Shown one piece after another: positions 24,917-34,226 of a stretch of DNA of 64,000 bases (the stretch's first letter is position 1; each line of letters begins with the position of its first letter). The translations under genes were made by a program, and so were the position numbers. The stretch comes from a virus. Below the pieces are notes generated by a model. That model saw only the letters and a program-made list of their open reading frames with translations. It made no database searches and was not told the DNA's origin. The stretch lies in IMG/VR virus record IMGVR_UViG_3300045391_001876, positions 1 to 64,000 of that record. The stretch is one strand, 5' to 3'.

Positions 24917-25734
24917 CCCGGTATGCAGTGGGTCAACCGTTCCGACTGTCCACTGTGGTCACGGATATCGACGGTCTACCGGCCGACCCGACCGACATCT
25001 CCCTGCAACTGCTGTGCAGCGCGGACGGTATAACGGCCACCTACGCGTACAACCCGGGAGACATCGTCCGCACCGGCACCGGCCTGTACCGCCTCGACCT
25101 GTCCACGCTGACCGCGCTCGGACACTACGCCTACGTGTGGTTGACCACCGGGTCCAACGCCGGGGCCGGTCCTATGATCGGTACGTTCGAGCTGTACAAC
25201 CCGCTGGCCTTCAACGTGGTGTCCACAGACGACGCACGCCAGTACCTACGTCTGGTGGACGGGTCCGATGTGGACAGTGATGATGCCCGGCTGGCCGCGA
25301 TCATCGGATCGGTGACGGACGGGTTGACACGCCTCGTGGGTCCGCTGGTGCCGACCACGTACACGGAGACGCTGTTCGCAGCCGGCTTCCTGCAACTGGG
25401 ACGCGGTCCGGTGCGATCCATCACGTCCCTGACTGCACTGGGTTCTGCGCTAACCATCGCGGTGGCCGACGTGGAGGTACTACCGGGGGACGTAGTCCAG
25501 ATGACCAACCAAGCGTCCATCAACGGTTGGTACACGGTGGTCTACTCGGCCGGCCCCTCCACCATCCCCAACGATGTACGTACGGCGGCCCTGGACTGGA
25601 TCTTGCATCGCTGGCGCCAGACACAGGCTCACAGCTCCGCGACGTACGGGGACCTGATCCCGGACTTTGCCGGCCCACCCAACAGCGTGATGAACCAGGT
25701 ACGGCACTATCTGTTGACGCGGAGCGGGGTATGA
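24913..25734 (+). CDS. head-tail connector/adaptor protein (gp6-like C-terminal half)
   Basis: DDARQYLRLVDGSDVDSDDARLAAIIGSVTDGL is the typical gp6-like connector motif. The N-terminal half is an extra domain. Confidence 0.65.
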   Translation: MTRYAVGQPFRLSTVVTDIDGLPADPTDISLQLLCSADGITATYAYNPGDIVRTGTGLYRLDLSTLTALGHYAYVWLTTGSNAGAGPMIGTFELYNPLAFNVVSTDDARQYLRLVDGSDVDSDDARLAAIIGSVTDGLTRLVGPLVPTTYTETLFAAGFLQLGRGPVRSITSLTALGSALTIAVADVEVLPGDVVQMTNQASINGWYTVVYSAGPSTIPNDVRTAALDWILHRWRQTQAHSSATYGDLIPDFAGPPNSVMNQVRHYLLTRSGV

Positions 25735-26072
25735 CACTACGGGCGGCACGTGAATCCCTGACCGCCACGCTGGTGGCCTTGAACCTGTCCGGCGTTACCG
25801 TCCTTGGATTCGAGCCGACATCCCTCACGCGCGGTATCACAGTCACCGTGGCCAGCACTGGTATGGAGTCCGTGGAGTGGGTGTTGACCATCCGTGTGTA
25901 CGTCAACGGCATACAGACCGAGGAGGCACAGGACCTTCTCGACGACACAGTGTCCAGTGTGGACAGTGGCATGGTCAGCGTGCCGCGCACGTCCTGGACG
26001 TTCGGGTGGGACGCGTTGAGAAACGCCTACGTGGCAACGACCACGGCCATGTTCCCACGGGATGACTTCTGA
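25731..26072 (+). CDS. hypothetical head-tail joining region protein (113 aa)
   Basis: ATGA overlap with the upstream stop. Position. Confidence 0.5.
   Translation: MTLRAARESLTATLVALNLSGVTVLGFEPTSLTRGITVTVASTGMESVEWVLTIRVYVNGIQTEEAQDLLDDTVSSVDSGMVSVPRTSWTFGWDALRNAYVATTTAMFPRDDF
25952..25964. repeat. 13-bp word GTCCAGTGTGGAC (perfect copy 5)
   Basis: Read as S-S-V-D. The 19-mer tccagtgtggacagtggca (25953-25971) recurs at 38980-38998. Confidence 0.9.
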
Positions 26073-27094
26073 TGCGCGTGCTCGCCGTACAGCCAGGCCC
26101 GGACTTCTCCGTGGTAGATGTCCACAAAGGATGGACGGAGGCCCTGACCAACCTCGGGTGCGCTGTCTCGGACTTCAACCTGGGGGAACGGCTCACGTTC
26201 TACAGCCGCGCGCAGGTACGCGTGGAACCGGGGGTGTACAGCGAAGGACTGACACCCGAGCAGGCCATACAGCTCACGCTCAACGGGCTGTACGCCGCCA
26301 TGTACGTGGTGGTGCCGGAGGTTCTGTTGGTCACCAGCGGCTTCTACGTGACGGCTGAGTTGCTGGCCCGCGTCCGCGCGCACGGTACGCGCGTGGTGCT
26401 GTTGCATACGGAATCCCCGTATGAGGACGACCGCCAGCTCGAACGGGCCGCGTACGCCGACATCAATCTGATCAACGACCCGACCAACCTGGAGCAGTTC
26501 CGCGCGGTAGCCCCGACGTGGTACGTACCCCACGCGTACCGACCGTCCGTCCACCATCCCCGGCCCTGCCGCGACGGCTACCGCTCCGACTTCGCGTTCG
26601 TGGGTACCGGGTACCCCAGCAGGCAGGCGTTTTTTGAGCGCGTGAACTGGACCGGTCTGGACGTGGCCCTGGCCGGAAACTGGCCCGGTCTTACACCGGA
26701 GTCTCCACTACACCAGTACCTGGCCCATAAGCCGGACGAGTGTTGTGACAACACCGAAGCCGTGGACCTGTACGCCGGCACCAAGATGTCGGCCAACCTG
26801 TACCGCCGGGAAGCGGACCGTGACGCGCTGGTCCAGGGGTGGGCGATGGGACCTCGGGAAGTGGAGCTTGCCGCCACCGGCACGTTCTTCCTCCGGGAGC
26901 CGCGCGGGGAATCCGACACCGTGCTGTCGATGCTGCCCAGCTTCTCCGAGCCGGAAGACTTCGGGGAACAGGTCCGTTGGTGGATCGCTCATCCGGAGCA
27001 GCGCGAGGCTGCCGCCGAGCAGGCACGTACGGCCATCGCTGACCGTACGTTCACCAACCACGCCAAGATGTTGCTGCGCCTGCTGGGTGCCTAG
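26072..27094 (+). CDS. CgeB-like glycosyltransferase (Glyco_trans_1_2-type C-terminus)
   Basis: GPREVELAATGTFFLREP...FSEPEDFGEQVRWWIAHPEQREAAAEQARTAI matches the CgeB/DUF3880-type pattern. Confidence 0.65.
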   Translation: MRVLAVQPGPDFSVVDVHKGWTEALTNLGCAVSDFNLGERLTFYSRAQVRVEPGVYSEGLTPEQAIQLTLNGLYAAMYVVVPEVLLVTSGFYVTAELLARVRAHGTRVVLLHTESPYEDDRQLERAAYADINLINDPTNLEQFRAVAPTWYVPHAYRPSVHHPRPCRDGYRSDFAFVGTGYPSRQAFFERVNWTGLDVALAGNWPGLTPESPLHQYLAHKPDECCDNTEAVDLYAGTKMSANLYRREADRDALVQGWAMGPREVELAATGTFFLREPRGESDTVLSMLPSFSEPEDFGEQVRWWIAHPEQREAAAEQARTAIADRTFTNHAKMLLRLLGA

Positions 27095-27351
27095 CTACTG
27101 GCCGGCGTGATTGGACTGTCGAAGCAGCGCAACTCCCGCATGCGCTTGAACGCCGCGTCGTAGTAGTCCCTTGCGCTGTCGCGTTCCGCCTTGTCCAGCG
27201 TGGTTTGCAGGGCACCACAACTGCTCTCCTGCTTGATCTTGGTCAGCGTCGGGTCCTCCTTCGGCTTGCTGTGATCGCACGCGGCAAGCGACGTGGCCAC
27301 AGCAAGCGCGGTCAAAACCCTGGCACACACGGTGTGAGCGCTACGTGTCAT
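27091..27351 (-). CDS. small lipoprotein (86 aa)
   Basis: MTRSAHTVCARVLTALAVATSLAAC signal peptide with lipobox. Reverse strand, between the glycosyltransferase and the major tail gene. Confidence 0.55.
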   Translation of the reverse strand: MTRSAHTVCARVLTALAVATSLAACDHSKPKEDPTLTKIKQESSCGALQTTLDKAERDSARDYYDAAFKRMRELRCFDSPITPASS

Positions 27352-27414
27352 ACAGCAACTATGCCTATCCGCGCGCCGAGTTAGCAACACCCAACCTGAC
27401 AGGACGTGATCCGC

Positions 27415-27813
27415 ATGGCTCGTATCGCCGGCCGGCGTGGACGTGTGTACATCGCAATCACCAGTGGTGGAACGGCCACCCCGCTGCCGTTCGTGGCCAC
27501 GTGGGCGATCAATTTCGCCACGGATAAGTTCGACGTCACCACGATGGACGACACAACCAAGGTCTACGTCGCTGGTCTTCCCGACTCCTCCGGTACGTTC
27601 GCCGGCTTCTACGACGACGCAACACCTCAGACGTACACGGCCGCGACCGACGGCGTAGCTCGGGCCTTCTATATGTATCCTTCGCTGGCCACGGCGACGC
27701 AGTACTGGTTCGGCACGGTACTGCCGGACTTCTCCGTGGACGGTGACGTCGGTGGTCCGGTCAAGATGAACGTGACCTGGGCGGCGGCCACACCGTTGCA
27801 GAAGGTCGGGTAA
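27415..27813 (+). CDS. major tail protein
   Basis: MARIAGRRGRVYIAITSGG...DVTTMDDTTKVYVAGLPDSSGTFAGFYDD is a tail-tube-like pattern. Position before the chaperones. GTG 27406 is an alternative start. Confidence 0.7.
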   Translation: MARIAGRRGRVYIAITSGGTATPLPFVATWAINFATDKFDVTTMDDTTKVYVAGLPDSSGTFAGFYDDATPQTYTAATDGVARAFYMYPSLATATQYWFGTVLPDFSVDGDVGGPVKMNVTWAAATPLQKVG

Positions 27814-27821
27814 GCCGAGCG

Positions 27822-28259
27822 ATGACCGACGTGTCGATTACCACACGCGGTCTCAACGAGGCTGTCCAGCGCCTGCGCGCGGCCGACGCCGTTGTGCAGA
27901 AGGAGTTCCGGGTCGCGCTGACCGAGGCTGCTGCGCCGTTTATCAAGGCGGCGCGTGCCAACGCCAGCAGTCGACTGCCCCACCGTGGTGGGCTTGCCGC
28001 GCTGGTAGCGGCCTCGGAGTTCGAGGTCGTTCCACTGCACGGGCGTGGTGTGGCCGGGCTGCGTGTTACCAACCGAGCGCACGACAAGCGCATAGACAAA
28101 GGGCAACTACGCCACCCGGTGTGGGGGCACTGGCGTTCCATCGCAAGCCAGCCCGTACCCCCGGGCTGGTTTAGCGACGCCGGTCCACAAGCGACTCCCG
28201 CGATACGCCGGCTCATGCTGGCGGCCACCTCCCGCGTGGCCAAGAAGGTGGCCGGATGA
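27822..28259 (+). CDS. HK97 gp10-like tail/neck component
   Basis: LNEAVQRLRAAD...FIKAARANASSRLPHRGGLAALV resembles the gp10 family. Unusual position after the major tail gene. Confidence 0.45.
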   Translation: MTDVSITTRGLNEAVQRLRAADAVVQKEFRVALTEAAAPFIKAARANASSRLPHRGGLAALVAASEFEVVPLHGRGVAGLRVTNRAHDKRIDKGQLRHPVWGHWRSIASQPVPPGWFSDAGPQATPAIRRLMLAATSRVAKKVAG

Positions 28260-28591
28260 AGTTCACCATCGACGTGGAGCCGTTCACAGGCCAGGTTTTT
28301 GAGCTGCTACCCCAGGACGACCTGACATGGGCCGAGGCCGGGGAGCTGGAATCCGTACTGGGCGTGTCCCTCACCGAGCTGGACGACGTGGACACCGGAC
28401 GCCGACTACGGCGCAGTTCCCGTGCCCTGTCGGCGTTTCTGTGGATCAGCATCCGGCGACAACGACCCGGAACCAGCTACGAGGACGTAGCCAACACACC
28501 ACAGAACGCCGTCACATGGGTACCTGAGCAGGAGTCGCCGGACCCTACCGACGCGTCCGCAACGGACCAGACCACCGACAGACCCGACTGA
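28256..28591 (+). CDS. tail assembly chaperone (G-like)
   Basis: Acidic 111-aa protein directly upstream of the tape measure gene. Its 3' end is overlapped by an open -1 frame. Confidence 0.65.
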   Translation: MKFTIDVEPFTGQVFELLPQDDLTWAEAGELESVLGVSLTELDDVDTGRRLRRSSRALSAFLWISIRRQRPGTSYEDVANTPQNAVTWVPEQESPDPTDASATDQTTDRPD

Positions 28592-28710
28592 CCTACCTAG
28601 CCGCGTTCGCATTCCACTTTGGAATCCGGCCGTGGGAGTGGGGTTCCCTGACCCTCGGGGAAATCGACGTGCTCTGTGCCGAAGTCGACGCGATCAACGA
28701 GCGGGAGTAG
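28528..28710 (+). CDS. -1 frame extension of the tail chaperone (T-like part, needs frameshift)
   Basis: The frame one nucleotide back from G is open 28528-28710 (…LTYLAAFAFHFGIRPWEWGSLTLGEIDVLCAEVDAINERE) and has no start codon of its own. Confidence 0.5.
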   Translation, partial: AGVAGPYRRVRNGPDHRQTRLTYLAAFAFHFGIRPWEWGSLTLGEIDVLCAEVDAINERE

Positions 28711-28722
28711 GGGGTCGCGCCG

Positions 28723-31623
28723 ATGGCGGAGCTTGCGTTTGACGTCGTCCTCAACGACCGTGGCAGTAACGCCGGCTTCACCAAGCTGGCCGAGTCCATC
28801 CGCAAGTCCGGTGTGGCAGCGCAAAAGGCGGAGGACGCTCAGCTCAAGCTCGGTGCCGCATCCTTGCGTGGCAAGAAGGCCGCGCTGGACCTGTCGACGG
28901 CAGAAGAGAAACTCAACAAGGTCACGGCCAGCAGCAAGTCCAGCGCGGAGGAGAAGGCCCGCGCGCAGCTCGCGGTGGAGAAGGCCCAACTCAAGGTCGC
29001 CCAGTCCAACCGGGACACTGCTCGGGCCACAGACGAACTGACTGCCGCGACCGTCAAAGGCACAAAGAGCACGGGTCTGTCTCGGGAGATCCTGTTCGGC
29101 GCGGGAGTCGCCGCAGCCGCTGGTGCCGTGGGACTTCGCAAGATCATCGGCGCGTCGATGGACTTCGACAAGGCGATGAGCGGCGTTCAGGCCGTAGCCG
29201 GGGCATCCGCGCAACAACTGGACCTGCTGCGTACAGCCGCGCTCAACGCCGGGCGGGACACGTCCTTCTCCGCATCGGAAGCGGCAGTAGCGGAATCGGA
29301 ACTGGCCAAAGCGGGTGTGTCCACTTCGGACATCCTCGGCGGCGCGCTGACCGGTGCACTAAGCCTTGCTGCCGCTGGACAACTGGACCTCGGGGAAAGT
29401 GCCACCATCGCTGCCCAAGCGATGAACATCTTCAAACTCAAGGGCTCCGATGTAACCCACATCGCGGACGTACTAGCGGCCGGCGCCAACAAGAGCGCTG
29501 CCGACGTAGGTCAGCTCGGCGCTGCGATGGGGCAATCCGGGCTGGTCGCCTCGCAACTGGGCATCAGTTTCGAGGACACGATCGCCGCCCTGTCCGCGTT
29601 CGCGGACAACGCGACTGTGGGATCGGACGCCGGTACGTCGCTGAAGACCATGCTGCTCAAGCTGGCCGGACCGTCCGTGGCGTCCGCCAACACGATGAAG
29701 CAGCTCGGTATCAACGCGTTCGACGCAAGCGGCGAGTTCGTTGGCCTGGAGAAGTTCGCGGGCATCCTGCAATCGCGGCTCGGCAAGCTGACCACCCAAC
29801 AGCGCGACCAGGCTCTCACCACGATCTTCGGCACGGACGCCATCCGTGGTGCGAACATCCTGTTTTCCCTTGGTGCCAAGGGTGTTCACGACTACGCGGT
29901 CGCCGTTAACGACTCCGGTGCAGCCGGACGCAACGCGGCCATACAGATGGACAACCTGTCCGGGGATGTGGAAGCGCTACGCGGCAGCCTGGAGACCGCG
30001 TTTATCAAGACAGGCTCGGCGGCCAACGGTGTTCTGCGCGCGATGGCCAAGCAAACCGCTGGCGTGGTTAACGCGTTTAGCAACCTGCCCGGCCCGGTTC
30101 AAGCTGCTGGTCTGTCACTGCTGGCAGCAGGAACCGCTGGAGCTGGCCTGCTGGCCGCCTTCGGCACGATCGGACCGAAGATCACGGCCGCGCGCAACAG
30201 CCTCCAGGAGATGGGACGAGCTGGCCAGGTCGCCAACACCGCGATCGGCAAGATCGGCAAGGGTCTTGCTATCGGTAGCGGCGTTCTCGTCGGCCTGGAG
30301 ACCGCCGGTATCGCCATCAAAGCCCTACAGGACGCGGTCGTTGGTGCTGTGCCCGGTGTCAACGAACTGACCAAGTCGCTACTGGCCACAAAGGACACTG
30401 CCGGTGTCCTGGAGGTTGTCGGCGGGGACCTCACGCAGTTCGGGGAGCGGGTCCGCATCCTGTCGGACCCATCCGTGGAGCAGAAGTTCTCGTCCACAAT
30501 GGACTCAATCTTCACGCTGGGCCACGCAAAGCCCAAGAGCCTCCGTGTGGCCACGGACCAACTGGGCGCACTGGACAAGGCACTGACCGGCCTTGTCGAA
30601 GGTGGGCACAAGGAGCAGGCGGAGATCCTGTTCAAGCACCTTGCTGACGCCGCCGCAAAGGGCGGTGCGTCCGTGGACGAGCTGAAGAAGACCCTCCCCG
30701 GCTATGAGGACGCGCTAGCCGGTGTCGCGGTCAGCAACACGCTGGCCGCCGACGCAACCGACAAGCACACCGGTTCGGCCAACAAGGCCCGGGTGGCGTT
30801 GGGGGAAGAGAAGACGGTTGCGGAGCAACTGAAAGACAAGCTGGACGCGCTGAACGACGCCAACCTGTCCGCTGGCGAAGCCGATGACCACTTCCGCACA
30901 ACGCTGCTGGATCTGACGGAGACGATCCATGACGGTGGCAAGGGCCTTGATATCAGCGCGGCCAAGACAGACAAGCAGCGTCGCGCGGTCATCGCCAACC
31001 GCGAAGCCGTCTTTTCCGCCATCCGTGCCGCACAGACACACGCGCAAGCAGTGGCCACACAGACAGGTTCCGTCGCGGCTGGCACTACCGAGTTCGGCAA
31101 GCACATCACAGCGCTACGCAAAACCCTTGCTGCCGCTGGCCTTCTCCCGGGTGCTATCGACGCGATCATCAGAGAGTACGGCCAGGTTCCCGCGCTGGTA
31201 ACCACCAACGTCAAAGCCAACACAGCATCCGCACAACGGGCACTGGCCAACATCGACGGCGCAATCCGTCGTATCAAGCAACAAGACGGCACCACGGTCA
31301 CGGTATTCGTACGCCAGGAAGCGACCGGACCGGAGCTGATCGTGAACGGCAAGGTCAAGGCTCGCGCTTCCGGTGGGCCGGTGGAGGCGGGACAACCCTA
31401 CGTGGTGGGTGAGAACGGTCCAGAGCTGTTCGTGCCGGCTCGCGCAGGCACCGTGATGTCCAGCAGCGTTTCGATGGGCCGGTCCGTCTCCGTTGGTTCT
31501 GGGGCCGTGCAGGTGGTGTTCAACGGACCCGTGGGAGCGGGGGCCGCAACGGAAGTCCGCCAAGCGGTGGAGCAAGCGCTGTACCGGCTACGTACGGAAC
31601 TGGTGACGGGGGCACGCCGATGA
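28723..31623 (+). CDS. tape measure protein
   Basis: 966 aa, Ala/Gly-rich and helical, with the conserved TMP core (MSGVQAVAGASAQQL...AGANKSAADVGQLGAAMGQSG). Confidence 0.9.
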   Translation: MAELAFDVVLNDRGSNAGFTKLAESIRKSGVAAQKAEDAQLKLGAASLRGKKAALDLSTAEEKLNKVTASSKSSAEEKARAQLAVEKAQLKVAQSNRDTARATDELTAATVKGTKSTGLSREILFGAGVAAAAGAVGLRKIIGASMDFDKAMSGVQAVAGASAQQLDLLRTAALNAGRDTSFSASEAAVAESELAKAGVSTSDILGGALTGALSLAAAGQLDLGESATIAAQAMNIFKLKGSDVTHIADVLAAGANKSAADVGQLGAAMGQSGLVASQLGISFEDTIAALSAFADNATVGSDAGTSLKTMLLKLAGPSVASANTMKQLGINAFDASGEFVGLEKFAGILQSRLGKLTTQQRDQALTTIFGTDAIRGANILFSLGAKGVHDYAVAVNDSGAAGRNAAIQMDNLSGDVEALRGSLETAFIKTGSAANGVLRAMAKQTAGVVNAFSNLPGPVQAAGLSLLAAGTAGAGLLAAFGTIGPKITAARNSLQEMGRAGQVANTAIGKIGKGLAIGSGVLVGLETAGIAIKALQDAVVGAVPGVNELTKSLLATKDTAGVLEVVGGDLTQFGERVRILSDPSVEQKFSSTMDSIFTLGHAKPKSLRVATDQLGALDKALTGLVEGGHKEQAEILFKHLADAAAKGGASVDELKKTLPGYEDALAGVAVSNTLAADATDKHTGSANKARVALGEEKTVAEQLKDKLDALNDANLSAGEADDHFRTTLLDLTETIHDGGKGLDISAAKTDKQRRAVIANREAVFSAIRAAQTHAQAVATQTGSVAAGTTEFGKHITALRKTLAAAGLLPGAIDAIIREYGQVPALVTTNVKANTASAQRALANIDGAIRRIKQQDGTTVTVFVRQEATGPELIVNGKVKARASGGPVEAGQPYVVGENGPELFVPARAGTVMSSSVSMGRSVSVGSGAVQVVFNGPVGAGAATEVRQAVEQALYRLRTELVTGARR
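30473..30520. repeat. 48-nt segment, inverted near-copy of 3221..3268
   Basis: See 3221..3268. It lies in the tape measure gene in a different reading phase from its partner. Confidence 0.85.
30492..30504. repeat. 13-bp word GTCCACAATGGAC (perfect copy 6)
   Basis: Read as S-T-M-D in the tape measure protein. Confidence 0.9.
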
Positions 31624-34226
31624 CGGTTACCACAGTGCGGCCTGACTCCACCGTCTTGAACACGAACGTCAACACGTCCGGTGGGGCCAGCGCGTTCTCT
31701 GTGCTCGACGACAGTCCCGACAACGACGCCACTGTGGCACAAGGAAGTGCTAGCCGCGCGGAAGTACGCCTTAGTTTGACCACCACAACGGTGGGAACCA
31801 CCAACCGCGTCAAGCAGGCGCGTATCCGAGCGCGCGGCGCCCACGAGGGAACCGACGTCGGTCACGTGGAGCAGGTCAACCTTCGGCTCTACGACCCGTC
31901 GCTGGGGGTGTCCGGGCGAAACAACGCATTCGCCACCTACTCCAGCTCGTTCACCGCGTTCAGTGCCGGCTACGAGACCACACCACCCGGCGGTACGGCC
32001 TGGTCACAGTCCATTGTGGACCGCCTACAGGCGCGGGCCTTCTGGCTCAGCAGTATCAACGGCTTCTTTATCAAGGTCAGTGAGCTGTATGTGGACCTCG
32101 ATATCTACGCGCAGCCCGTGGTGTCGGCCGTCACGGTCACCAACACCACGTCCACCACAAAGCCGGACTTCAGCTACACCTTCACACAGACGGAGGGATT
32201 GCCGCAGACTGCCGTACAGGTCAAGGCCTTCTCCGCGGCCCAGTACGGCGCGTCCGGCTTCGATCCCGCAACCTCCACGGCGGCCTGGAGTTCCGGTGTC
32301 ACGCTGACCAACCTCGCATCCGGCACAGTGGGCACCGACCTGATCAACGGCACCACCTACAAGGTGTATGTCAGCGCCGGCATCGACTGGCCCGTAGAAC
32401 AGGGCCTTGGCTCCGTGTACTACTCCGCATGGGTGGCCTCCGGCTCGTTCACCATCACGGTGTCCCCACCCCCGGCCCCCACGCTGACAGTCACCAATCA
32501 GACCAGCCTGCCCGGGTACCGCAACCTGATCCGGCTCACCGCTCCTATCAACCTGATCACGGAGCAACAGGCGTCCCTGGAGGACACCACAACCACCGGG
32601 TGGGCAGCCACCAGTAACAACACGATCAGCAACTCCTCCGCGTACGCGGCAAGTGGCACGCGCTCCCTCCAGATGTCCTCCACAGCGGCCGGCACGATGA
32701 CAGCGGAGATGAGCAGCCGCCCCACCGTCAAGGCCGGCGTCAGCATGACCGCGCTGGGCACGGTGCGTTCGGCGGTATCGGTGCGCACTGTCCGCGTGGG
32801 CATCCGGTTCTACGACATCTCCGGTGCGCTTATCGGGTCCACCAACTTCGGCACCCCTGTGTCGGACGCGACTGGTTCCGACACCACACCAACTGTCACC
32901 GTGACAAGTCCAGCGGCAGCAGCATCGGCAGCCATCGTCCTGGAGGTGCAGTCCACAGGGGCCGGCGCGGAGGTGCACCGTTGGGACAAAATGGATCTCC
33001 ACTACGGGTCCAGTACTACGTGGACCCCTGGGGGTTACAAAGACACGGCCACGTTGACCGTGTACCGCGCCCAGCGCATCAGCACAGATGTTGCGCGCGG
33101 GCCCGCGCGCAACTGGCTCCATCCCCAACTGTTCAGTAGCGGCGCGCTCAACTCCAACACCGACGGGTTCAGTGTCCGCAACTCCGGGGACGCCATCCGG
33201 ACAATGCCCCTGGACCGAGCCAGCCCGGAAGGTCCCGGGCAAGTCAGCGCCGGCATGATCGAGTGGACAGTGCGCACCACAACCGGTGGGGCACTGGACA
33301 TCGGTGCGGCGGACGGAACAACCAACGACGGGCTACAGCCGTACCCGTTCCCGGCCGTGCCAGGCATGTCGATGACGGCCACCCTGTGGGCCTGGGCTTC
33401 GGCCGCATGGTCCACCCGCCTGGGGATCATCTACACCGACCGTTTCAACACGCAGGTCGGCAGCACCACGTGGACCGCAATCACAGCACTGTCCACAACG
33501 GAACAGAAGTTGAGCATCGCGGCCACACCCCCAGCAGGCACGTGCTTCGCACGGATGGTGCTGGAGAACAACACACCAGCAAGCGGCGTACAGGTCTACC
33601 TGTGCATGCCGCGCTTCCGCGTCACCGCCGACCCGGACGAGGCGTGGTCCGGCCAAGTGTTTTCGTGGGAAACGGAGACAGTACGCGCGCTGTCGTCCTC
33701 GTCCATTGTGGACGGTGCCAGTGACCTGATCGTGTACGACCACGAACCACCGGCCGGTCGTCCGTGCTTGTACTGGGCGCGCGTAATGGCCGTAACGTCG
33801 GCCGGTCTGTCGATGGCCTCCCTGGACTCCACAGCGGTTCACGTGTACACCACGGCCCCAACCAAGACCCTGCTCAAAGACCCGTTCCAGCCCGAGAACG
33901 CCTATGTAGCAAGGGTTTTGACGGACAACAGCGTTACACAGGAGGAGGACGCGGACGAGTCCCACGTGATGGGTCGGGACGGGGAGCCGGTGATCTTCCG
34001 CGACTGGCTGTCCGGAGAGAACGGCCACATCGTGGTCTTCGCGGCCTCGGAGCTGGAGCGCTACCGGCTTGACCAACTTCACCCCAGCGCACGGCCGCTG
34101 CTTCTCCAGTGGGCAACCGGCGGCAACACCTACATCCGCATCACGCGACGTAGTAAGGCACCAGTCCGCATCGGTGCCGGCTACTGGCGCGCGGAGTTCG
34201 ACTACGTACAGACAGGGCGGCCCTGA
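31620..34226 (+). CDS. minor tail protein (868 aa; distal-tail-like with carbohydrate-binding-like insertions)
   Basis: Position after the TMP. Segments such as LEDTTTTGWAATSNNTISNSSAYAASGTRSLQM resemble CBM/galactose-binding-like modules. Confidence 0.7.
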   Translation: MTVTTVRPDSTVLNTNVNTSGGASAFSVLDDSPDNDATVAQGSASRAEVRLSLTTTTVGTTNRVKQARIRARGAHEGTDVGHVEQVNLRLYDPSLGVSGRNNAFATYSSSFTAFSAGYETTPPGGTAWSQSIVDRLQARAFWLSSINGFFIKVSELYVDLDIYAQPVVSAVTVTNTTSTTKPDFSYTFTQTEGLPQTAVQVKAFSAAQYGASGFDPATSTAAWSSGVTLTNLASGTVGTDLINGTTYKVYVSAGIDWPVEQGLGSVYYSAWVASGSFTITVSPPPAPTLTVTNQTSLPGYRNLIRLTAPINLITEQQASLEDTTTTGWAATSNNTISNSSAYAASGTRSLQMSSTAAGTMTAEMSSRPTVKAGVSMTALGTVRSAVSVRTVRVGIRFYDISGALIGSTNFGTPVSDATGSDTTPTVTVTSPAAAASAAIVLEVQSTGAGAEVHRWDKMDLHYGSSTTWTPGGYKDTATLTVYRAQRISTDVARGPARNWLHPQLFSSGALNSNTDGFSVRNSGDAIRTMPLDRASPEGPGQVSAGMIEWTVRTTTGGALDIGAADGTTNDGLQPYPFPAVPGMSMTATLWAWASAAWSTRLGIIYTDRFNTQVGSTTWTAITALSTTEQKLSIAATPPAGTCFARMVLENNTPASGVQVYLCMPRFRVTADPDEAWSGQVFSWETETVRALSSSSIVDGASDLIVYDHEPPAGRPCLYWARVMAVTSAGLSMASLDSTAVHVYTTAPTKTLLKDPFQPENAYVARVLTDNSVTQEEDADESHVMGRDGEPVIFRDWLSGENGHIVVFAASELERYRLDQLHPSARPLLLQWATGGNTYIRITRRSKAPVRIGAGYWRAEFDYVQTGRP
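32009..32021. repeat. 13-bp word GTCCATTGTGGAC (perfect copy 7)
   Basis: Read as S-I-V-D. Confidence 0.9.
33701..33713. repeat. 13-bp word GTCCATTGTGGAC (perfect copy 8)
   Basis: Read as S-I-V-D. Confidence 0.9.
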
